Shown: positions 53,511 through 64,000 of the stretch, piece after piece
Position numbering within the stretch: the stretch's first letter is position 1
Layout of the letters: each line of letters starts with the position of its first letter
NCBI RefSeq assembly: GCF_006345805.1
Contig: NC_043013.1
Span: forward strand, 27,962,001 to 28,026,000
Length of the DNA stretch: 64,000 nt
Direction: 5' to 3'
From: Octopus sinensis
Lineage: Eukaryota
The notes under the pieces: generated by a model
Told to the model about the DNA's origin: nothing
What the model saw: the letters and a program-made list of their open reading frames with translations, nothing else
The model's database searches: none
Position numbers and translations under genes: made by a program

Positions 53511-55987
53511 GCCACTTAACTGCAGTTAACCTTTGTGCAATAACAATGTTCATTTTTTGCTTCTTTTTTTTCTCTTTGGTGTCTGAATATGGACACCTTG
53601 CAATTGAGAGACACCAACTGTTCCAACCAACTTGTAGCAAGAGTGGAAGAAATAAATTAAAGTAGGAAAATAATAAAGTGGGATGCCACAAAGAATATAT
53701 ATATATATATATATATAAATGAAAAACAAAAATGTTTGAAAGAGAAAGATATATATAATTTGTAAGAATTAGTCACCTATGGTAAACTGTTGGTGAAATC
53801 TCATCAAAAACATGAAAAGAAAAAGCCAAGTTATTGTTTCAAATGTAATTAAATATTAAAGAAATCTAATCTAATATTTATGCATCACCTGGGAATTGGA
53901 GTAGATTTGAAAGTTGCAAGAAAGATAATTTATATGTGAATGTAAGAAATAAATGAAACATTTTGAAATTTCGTTTTAGGCACAAACTTGAAAGCTGCTA
54001 TAGTTAGTTTATAACTTGATGCAACAACACGACTCGATTACAAGGTAATACGGTACAGCATTAAACTGATTGCTTTACAAGTCTTGTCCTTGTATTAGAT
54101 TTTAAGTGAAAATCACACTAAGACATAGACTTCAGTTTTTATTTAGAGTTAATAAAATAAAACAGAACTGCCAGTAACATAATAGGAAGGTGGAAATTTT
54201 GCAGAGTTGTTCAAGTGCGAGTTAGAATGTATTGCAGTATTTGTTCTAGTTTTCCACATTCTGAGTTCAAATCCTGCAAGTGATCAACTTTACCATTCAT
54301 CCTTTCACAATTGATAAAGTACCAATCAAGTACTGAGGCTGATTCATCTCTTTATTTCTTTTCCATTATAATCATCATTTAATGTCTGTGAAGGGAGCTA
54401 GCAAGCCAGAGAGCTGCACCATGCTCCATTAAGGCTTTTCCCTTGCTCTATCAAGAATTGGTTACAGCCAACAAGATCAATATTAATCCACACCACCACC
54501 ACCTGTGCTCTTATGCACATTGAGCAGCACGTTCATGCTACTGGTATCTGTTGGCTGAGATTTTCTCCACATCTGACCATACTGGCTTCTCTTGTCTTGC
54601 TCATGGATGTTCTGCACTATCTAGTTTTCGGTCTTCCTCTCTTTTTTTTTTTGCCTTAATTGGACAATAGACACCACTCTTGGGAAAAACGCCTGCAATA
54701 GACTGTCATTTTACCTAGAGTGAAATGTATCTCTTTTCCACTTAAATCGAAAGCTGTTTTAGAAATGGTGCTGTTTTACTAACCAGATACGTAACGTGCT
54801 ACTTTTAATCTTCATTCCACAATGGTTTCACTAAGTGTCTTGAGTTGGTTAAAACTAAACAATGACAAACGATCTTTGGATTTTCCCTGCAAAAATCCCA
54901 CAACAAGTATATGTTGTTTGTCAAGGAAGTCACCAATGTTTGATTGTCAACTTGATGATTCAAAGAAGGAACCAACGAGTAAAATTCAATAGACTTATTA
55001 TATTTCTTTCTTTGGTACCGAAACTATACAGTACTGAATACTGGAGCATGCGTAGTTGAAGTGAACTCAGGCAGATGAAGATAGTCACCAGCATTAATTT
55101 GTTTCACTTCATTTGTGGTGATAATGTATCTGGGAAATGCATGAACATTCATAACTCCCCTGTCTCTAAAATAGTAAAATGAAAATAAAATTACATTACA
55201 CAGAATAAATTGCCATAGGATAAACATCCTTTTACATTTCATGAATGAAGAGTCTATATCCAATGAAGAAACAGTTTCACTGCATTGCTCTACAATATAT
55301 TGATTTCAAATTTTGGCGAAAGGCCAACAATTTTTGGGGGGAGGGGCTAAGTTGATTACATCAACCCCAATGTTCAACAGTTAGTTGCTTTATCAACCCC
55401 AAAAGGATAAAAGGCCAAGTTAACCTTGGCAGAATTTGAACTCCAAATATGAAGACAAGTGAAATGCCACTAAACTGATAAATCTGCCAGCTTGCTGCCT
55501 TCTGCTGTCCAAAATATTTATTCTACCTTGTCTCAGATATCTTAATTGAAAAATAGACACCATTCTCAGAGTGAAGGAAACATCAATTGCAAATAGCCTG
55601 ACGTGTTACCCAGAGTGACATGTGTCTGTCATCCACTTAATTTAAATTACTGTATAATGGATAATCCTTTATCCAGAACTCTTGGGATTGGAAAAGTTTG
55701 ATTTAAGAGTTTTTTTTTTTTATTTATTCTGAAATAATTGTATAGTTGTAGATGAAATGGAACAACTTGGCATGAGATCCAATTTAAAAGACATTACTCA
55801 TTTACATGGGGAAGCAATGTGTTCACCTCTCCTGCAAAACACTTGCTCCTGTCCCTCTACCATACTTTCACATACTCTTAATATTATACCTCACTCAGAT
55901 GAGGGGGAGGGGTCATGTCTTCAGCACTTGGTGACTTCACCAGTGCTGGTGCCATGAAAAAAAGTACGCAGTCCATTCTGTAAAGTG

Positions 55988-56296
55988 TGGAGGCACATGG
56001 CCTAGTGGTTAAAGCAGCGGACTTGCAGTCGAGGGATCGCGGGTTCGAATCTCAGACCAAGCAATGTGTGTGTTTATGAGAGAAAACACCTAAGCTCCAC
56101 GGGGCTCCGGCAGAAGGTAATGGCGAACTTCTGCTGACTCTTTCACCACAACTTTCTCTCACTCTTTCCTCCTGCATCTTGCAGCTCACCTGTGACAGAC
56201 TGGCGTCCCGTCCAGGTGGGGAACCTATACGCCAAGAAACCAGGAAACTGGCCCTTATGAGCCAGGCATGGCTCGAGAAGGAACAAACAAACAAAA
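55988..56296 (+). mobile_element. Full-length tRNA-derived SINE with a V-SINE-like domain and 6-bp TSD, nested in a family D element
   Basis: A-box tggcctagtgg, B-box ggttcgaatc, gacagactggcgtcccgtccagg (V-domain-like), tail (AAAC)n-A; AAAGTG at 55982-55987 and 56297-56302. Confidence 0.85.
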
Positions 56297-57774
56297 AAAG
56301 TGGTTACTGTTAGGAAAGGTATCCTGATGTAGAAACCATACCAAAGCAGACATTAGCGCTTGGCATGGTTTTGTGGGTTTCTGCTGAACTGTCCCACCCA
56401 TGCCAGCATGGAGAAAGAATGATGATAATGATTACTACTTGTACAGTTAAGGTAGTTTATATAAACTTGGTGCTGGCCTACTTTTGCACAACATGCAGCA
56501 GTTTCACTTTGGCAATGTCTCACTTTTCACCAAACCAAATTAGTCTATAATCCATTCAGAACTTCAGCTTGCCAGCCACATAAAACAGACATAAATCATT
56601 TTTATTTTATGCTCACCTACAACTACCAATCACTTTTTAAAATCTCTCCAAGCATTCGCAGAAATCTTTCCTTTCTAGTGCTTCTCTTTCACTCAGAAAA
56701 AAAAATAAAAAATTTAATTTTGGAATTTCAGGTAAAGTATTATCAAATGTAAGCAATTGCAAGATTAAGAACCATACAAAATGGTAAAATGAAAAGAAAC
56801 TGAAGTTAGGAATTCTACAGGTGGATCTGTGGGTGTTTACAAAAATATTAAACTAATTCAAAATTTGATTTTGCTAGGCAAATCTTACCAGTTTTTGTGA
56901 TCAAACTTAGGGAGAAGTGTGTGTTATTTTCTAGGGATATTTATTTTTTAAGTTACAATATCAATATTAGTTCATTTTCAAATAGAATTAGTATCTAGTT
57001 GCCAAATATGGAGAAAGAAACAAATTGGGTCATGTGACTTTCTCATGAGCTATGCTTAAGTTTGAAATCAGGATGAGTAATCCTAGCAATTTAATTACAC
57101 AGCTACAATACATCATATTTTAAAAATTCACACCTTCTACATTACTCAAGGTTTCTTTCACAAACATTCTCTCGCTCCCCCCCTCTCTCTCTTTCTCTTT
57201 CTACCATTAGATTACTTATAGAGTGAAAAAAGAGATTTCTCAAAGAACTGAAGATAACTCCTCTTTTTCCTTGCAATTCAGATGCCACTGGAAGATCGCT
57301 GCAATAAACGCTATCATGAAACTGGATTTGTAGGGCTACCTTGGACTTAATGCAATGTAACTTATAGGGTTTCATAAACGATGTAAAAACAAAAAATAAA
57401 AACAAAACAAAAAACAACAACATGAGATTAGCAAATCCATTACCAATTGGTAGGAAAGTAATGGATAAGATGATAAAGAAACAGCTTTAAAGTTTTAAAA
57501 AATCATTTAGACATATGATACGGCTAACTACTTCAAAATGCACAGTCCATGAAATGACATGTCCAAGTAGCCACTTAAATTTAGATACAAGCACAATACT
57601 TCTTTTCTATGCATTTCCCAAACAGCCTTTTTTTGTTTTGTTTTTTATCAGTGGTTTCCCTACTTCTCCCTGACTTGTGACCTTAATGCACATAAACATA
57701 CACACTATCACCATAGTAACCATAATACTAACCTATACCTTTGAGTTACATACATCCATATATATGCACACACA

Positions 57775-58004
57775 GACACTATATAGATATATGTATAAAT
57801 ACACATATTTTATATATAATATATACATGCACACGATATATATATATATATATTATATATATATATAATATATATATATATACGTGTGCATATATATATA
57901 TATATGCACACGTATATATGTGAATATATATATATATATATATATATGCACATGTATATAAGTGTGTGTGTATGTATATATATATTATATATATACATGC
58001 ACAC

Positions 58005-58038
<34 letters not shown>

Positions 58039-58105
58039 GTATGTATATATATATATATGTATGTATATATATATATATATATAATATATATATATACATG
58101 CACAC

Positions 58106-58139
<34 letters not shown>

Positions 58140-58144
58140 GTATG

Positions 58145-58178
<34 letters not shown>

Positions 58179-58346
58179 ACATGCACACGTATATATATAT
58201 ATATATATATATATAGATATATATATATATATATTATATATATATATATATATAATATATATATATATATATTATATATATATATAGATATATATATATA
58301 TACATGCACACGTATATATATATATATATATATATATAAATGTATG

Positions 58347-58382
<36 letters not shown>

Positions 58383-58393
58383 ACATGCACACG

Positions 58394-58425
<32 letters not shown>

Positions 58426-58459
58426 TATATATATATACATACACATACATACACACACA

Positions 58460-58506
<47 letters not shown>

Positions 58507-58620
58507 TACATACACATACACACTAATATACATTATATATATACATATTATACATACACATATACTATACACTCACACACACATGTACACACACACACAC
58601 ACACACTCACACACGCATAT
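57775..58620. repeat. Compound (TA)n/(CA)n tract with higher-order repeat (acatgcacacgtata.. recurring)
   Basis: Direct reading. Similar compound tracts at ~590-830, 1225-1530, 20710-21045 and 47765-48250. Confidence 0.95.
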
Positions 58621-59503
58621 ATGCTAAAATACACATTCCTTCTTATAAACTGACACGTTTACCAAATTTTCAATTGCTGTATGAAGAGCAACATAAAATC
58701 TAAATGGAATGCGTAAATTATAAATGATTTGCTTAGTTATGATAGCCAGCATTCACTGAAAGGAAACAAACAGAGCTATTAGGAAGTAAGTAAGTATTTA
58801 TATTATTTTATTTTATTCTATCTTATTCGATGCATAGAAACAGAGATTCTAGTTTTTGGATTACAAGCTTGAAGAATGAATCTTGAAGTCAGTTTTATAT
58901 TTTCTAATGAGCTTTTTTTTTTTTTTCTTCCCTTCTCTCAAACAAAATCTGATGCTAAAATGGATTTTAAACAGTTGTATGTAGCACTTATTAAGCAACA
59001 ACATCAACAACAAGAACAACTAGCTAAACTAAAAAATAAATACAAGCTTTTTCTTATAATTTTGAAGCTTCTACTTGGCAATAGAGATGAAGAGAAATAA
59101 AGAAACAGAAATAAGAAAGACAATCATTGTTGCTATACACAGATTCGCCTAAATGTTTTTTCCAATATAGATACCAAATAATGATCAATTCATCTTAACC
59201 TTGTTAAAGTCTTCAATTTAGACATTTTTATGAAATAATCATGGGGAGAGTCCCAATTTGAAATTCTTAAGTTCATAAAAATTTTCAATAAATTTACATT
59301 ATAACTTTTTAAATATCATTTAGTTTATACTTAATTTTAAAATTCTAAAATTTTTAGCTGAAATACTATCAAAGCAAATGGATTTACCTCCTCCTGATGA
59401 TGCTAACATTTAAAGATAGCTGTATGTTCTATATACAAAAATACATTTGAATTCTTCTCTAAAATTAAAAGATGTACAATAAAATATGCATGTGTGAGCG
59501 AGC

Positions 59504-59547
<44 letters not shown>

Positions 59548-59585
59548 GTGGAGATACATATACATGTGTGTGAATTTTATCTATC

Positions 59586-59628
<43 letters not shown>

Positions 59629-59962
59629 CTCTCTCTCTCCACACATACACACATCACCATGGCAGATGAAAATAATGGCACCATCTCTGCAGTGTGCAAA
59701 TAATGCTAAGACAATGGTAAAGCACAAGCAGATTGTCATCATTATCATAACATCTACTTTTCCATGCTTGCATAGATCAGACGAAATGTGTTGAAACAGG
59801 GTATTTCCATGGTTGGATGCTCTTCCTGTCACCAACCCTCCACTTGTTACTAAGCAAAATATTTCCCCCTTGTCTGGATAGGTTTCCATGGAAGATTGCA
59901 AATAACTGTCAGTACTTGTGTGGTGGAAGTTTGTTTTATAATTTGCACACAATGTCAAAGCA

Positions 59963-60004
<42 letters not shown>

Positions 60005-61931
60005 CACACACAAACACATACATACAGAGACATCTTTTCAGTTTCCAACTACCAAATTCACTCATAAGGCTTTAGTCAGCCTGTGCCATAAGAAAAAACC
60101 CTAACACAAGGTGCTGTGCCATGAGACTGAACACAAAATTTCTGTAGTTGCAAGGAAATTTCTTAGTTACACAGACGATGGAGTTAGGAAGTAAATGATA
60201 GAAAAATATTCCAGGCCATGTGATTGAGAAGCTTGTTTCCCAAACCACATGGTTCTTGGGTTCAGTCCCACTGCACAGCACCTTGGGTAAGTGTCTTCTA
60301 CAATAGTGTCAGGCTGGTCAAAGTTTTCTGAGTTGATTTGGTGGATAGAAACTGAAAGAAACCCATTGTGTGCGTATATCGCATGCATGCGCATGTGTGT
60401 ATGTGTGTGTGTGTGTGTCTTTGGTATAACGGACAAAATAAGTACTAGGCTTAAAAAGAAACAAAAAACCCTGGGGGTTGATTTGTTCAGCTAAAACCCT
60501 TCAATGCAGTGCCCCAGCATGGCCACAGTCCAATAATTAAAACAAATGAAAGGATAAAAGATCTGAACGCATTGGATCATTACCAGGAATATTTCTAAAC
60601 AGATTAGTATTGACACAGGTAAGGATAAAAATACTATTGTTTGTATTTCTTGTTGTATGAAGAATTTCTGTATCGTTCATTCTAAGGTAAGAAAATGTAA
60701 GATAAGAACTGTAATTGCATTATACCATTCACAGAAATGTGGTTGAATCTGCCAATGGATTTCTGAAATTACCAAAGAAATTTCAAAAGTATTTGAAGAA
60801 TGACAGAACAGAGAATAATATATCAAGTCAATTTCTACCGAATATAATTCTTTTCTCTAGCTGTTATTAGATTTTGAATAAATTGTGAAATTGTTTTGAA
60901 TTTTATTGTCTTACCACCTCACATTTTTGGTACCAACCTTCATTTATCTCCCTAAGTCCTAAGTCACAAGTCATATACATAGAATGCCCTTAGGGGAAGC
61001 CAGTTAATTCTCTACATATCTCAGTTTAATTAGCTGTTGGGTAAAGGTACAAGATCTTTTGAGAATTGCCATCTGCAATAGACTGACTCCTGTTTTAGGG
61101 AAGATTTAACTTTCTTCAACCTAATGCCATGACACTGCTAGTTAATATCAATTTTTACCAAAGCATTTGGGAGACTTAGTAAAATTTTCTGATATAGTGT
61201 CATGCAGCCTGTTATTCTGAATAACGATTCTCAATTGAGTCAATTAGAAAGAGCTGGATATAGTTTCATGGATTCAAAAATTTGGCAGTCAGCAAAAGTT
61301 CCAGAACAGCTTATTTCATATAACCTATGATCAAAACCATTGTTGGCTTAAGAATTACATTCCGTTTTCTTTGGGTTGTTTTTTTTTTTTGTTTTGCAGG
61401 AATATCTAAGACTATATTGGTCATTATCTGCTTCTTGTTTTAATGCAGTAAGATGTAATTTGAGAAAATTTGCTTGCTGTTCCTAGTGGTTCAAATAACC
61501 ATGAAGTGGTTTCCTTATTGATTCATTATAGAATTCTTCCTAGCGGTCACTGAAGGTCTAGATATTATTAAACTCAATACTCTGGTTAAAAAAAGGTTTA
61601 AATTCTATTGACCAGTTACAAATCCAATGTAAATAAGCATTCTTGGCCCATCAGATCTGCATTATTTGTCTAAAACCCTTCTCAGATGTTTGCTATTTCT
61701 GAGTACCCTTCCTGCCTGAAATTCTTTTACTGAAAGCACCATTCACCATTCATATTTCTTTTATCAATACATCATACAGCATGTTAACTATTTAAGAATT
61801 TAAAACATTGAAACTAGATGGATGGCAGAATTGACAGAATGTTGAACATAATATCTTGTTATGGTTCTAATTTCTGAATTCAAATTCCACTCTGAGCTAT
61901 TTTGCTTTTCATCCTTCTGATAAAGATGCCA

Positions 61932-62250
61932 TTCGGTCATGAATGACCATGAGATTGCACCTAGAAAGTTCCCTCCAAGGTACAAGTCCAGGCAAGGTTG
62001 TTTATGGAAGGCCAGCAGTCGCCCATGCATATCAGCCTTCCCTCTACATGCCACCAATGTTATCCAAGGGAAAGGGAAAAGCTAATAACATCTTGGCACC
62101 AGTGACATTGCAACTCATTTCTTCAGCTGAGTGAACTGGAGCAACATGGAATAAAGTGCCATGCTCAAGAACACAACAGGGCCCGGACCAGAAATCGAAC
62201 TCACTACCTCATGATTGTGAGTCTAATGCTCTAACCACTGAGCCATGTAC
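61932..62250 (-). mobile_element. SINE family E, reverse copy
   Basis: Reverse complement of 21872-22190 over its length. Confidence 0.85.
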
Positions 62251-62672
62251 CATTTATATCCTTCTAGTACTGGACAATAAAATAAGTACTACACGCTATA
62301 GAATTAAATATATTCCCAAAAGTGGTGCTCTAGCATGGCCACAAGCCAATGCCTGAATCCAAAAAAAAGAATAACCTGTTGTCTCAGTATGGAATGTACA
62401 ATTTAGATCTACATTTAAGTTCTTGGTACAATAGCATAAATATCAAAATGACCTCAGTTTCTAACTTGTTAACCATAATCAAATTTCTCTTGATCCTTGC
62501 CATTCTGTTGAAAGAGCACAGCCTATTGCTACATAAACAAAAGTCTGTTCAGTTTACATGTGAGTAAAGCTAGTTTGACAACTGTTTATACTTAGCTTTG
62601 CACCAAACACAACATCAAAACTAAAACATTCAGTGTACTGAAGCATGTTTGCAGTTTTAAAACAATATGTGT

Positions 62673-62717
<45 letters not shown>

Positions 62718-64000
62718 ATATATATGTATGTACTACTTAGATTTGTGTGTGTGTATATATATATATACACATTATTAATATATATATATATATTTATATA
62801 TATGCATGTGTGTGTGTATGTAATTATATTTGTGTGTGTATGTACTTTCATTTACCTAGCTATCTACACACATATACACACACATGGATGCACAAATGGA
62901 AGAGTACTCAGTACATATAGATGATTTTTGGGGTTTTTTAAAAAAAAATTTATTTGTTTAAAGCTGAAGATTCACTCAGCTGCTGTTCAAAGTTTCTAAC
63001 TATGTGAAGTTCGCCAGGTAATAAAAAGATGTCTGAAACATAATTATACGCATTGGTCTACTGAAATTTTCATGTTTCTGAATCTAATTCATCAAGGATG
63101 AAATGTAGAAGAAAAGAAGGAAGAAAAAAGTTTCAAAATGGTTCCAAGAGATTCAGTGAAGATGGCATTCAGATTCCCACCCTCGTTCCTTTGTAGTGTT
63201 AAGCAGATAAATTACCCTCACTAAATAGGATATCTGTCTGTCTGTCTCAAGTATTTAGATACAAAGTAGACTGGACAACTTTCTCAGTCAGTGACAGTGA
63301 GTGCAAAGCTAAAATCTGATGTTTATATTGTGTTTCTGAGAAGAACAATCTAGAATCAGAAATTGGTACTAGATCATCTGAGAATGTTACCTTTGAAGCA
63401 CAGATAGCAAATTCCTGGGGAAGATTTATCCCATATACTTTTTACACCATCAAAATGAAACTAAACAGTTTGCAAAACCCTCTTGGGACTTAGGTGACAT
63501 TTATATCTATCTCAAGTGCAATCAATTAAGATAGTAGAGTCAGAAAAGTTGTAATAAAAAGCTTTATAGTATCCACAGCTTGGTGTATAACCATTCTGAG
63601 TTCAAACATTGCCTTTTATACCTCCAAGATCAATAAAATAAGAAACTGGTTATATACAGAACTCATTTCAAAACTCTTTATTCTTTTTCTCCTGACACAA
63701 TTCGTCCTTGCTCCTGGGCAAAAGAAATCTATTCTGTATATCTTAGGTGACATAGATTAACACGTTTGGATATAAAATATCACGCAGTTTTACATTTTAT
63801 GCTCCTTAAGAAGCTCTTTCCCAACAGCAGTGAAGATTTTGCAGAAATTTCTTTTGGTCACTATGGAAACTTAGATATTGTTTAGGCACCGATTATGTCC
63901 TTCCAGAAAATAAATAAATAAATAAAAACAAAAAAAACTCACAACTAGCACTTATAGTGATTTACTACCATGTATCAAATCTCTTGCATACAGTTCACAT

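Noticed and set aside
55988-56065. tRNA-like cloverleaf with A and B boxes (also 21880-21945)
   Set aside because: These are SINE heads: no proper acceptor stem, and they continue into a SINE body with tail and TSD.
57282-57350. Plus-strand MPLEDRCNKRYHETGFVGLPWT* after a good acceptor
   Set aside because: Too short, with no homology or supporting neighbouring exons.
58949-59150. MDFKQLYVALIKQQHQQQEQL as a Gypsy gag N-terminus
   Set aside because: Suggestive composition only; no LTR, PBS or downstream gag/pol could be recognised.
60600-61800. Long non-repetitive AT-rich stretch as a decayed LINE or exon cluster
   Set aside because: No convincing RT/EN motif or long frame on either strand; isolated GTAAG donors are expected by chance.

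Overview
AT-rich, repeat-dominated eukaryotic genomic DNA. The repeat landscape (tRNA-derived SINEs, RTE/CR1 LINE relics, very long TA/TG/GATA/AAT microsatellites) looks like a coleoid cephalopod, most likely Octopus; this is inference, not a database result. Only one well-supported coding exon was found: a 350-bp minus-strand exon (29486-29835) encoding the C-terminal half of an MBD5/MBD6-type methyl-CpG-binding domain and its adjacent conserved block (..[58 protein letters not shown]..). The exon for the N-terminal half of the domain was not found upstream in the window, so most of the 64 kb is probably intron of one very large MBD5/6 gene. The rest is a mobile-element landscape: nested SINEs (two insertions with visible target-site duplications), a 5'-truncated CR1-like LINE inside a TA tract, RTE and Tc1/mariner relics, a minimal hammerhead-ribozyme relic of Penelope type, a ~295-bp x 4.8 tandem array leading into a LINE ORF1-like frame, an 84-bp VNTR, several local duplications, and a ~1-kb false duplication around a 100-N assembly gap. 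Most ORFs in the supplied track are microsatellite artefacts. I found no prokaryotic features and no CRISPR array, and I see no clear evidence for a wholly new biological system.
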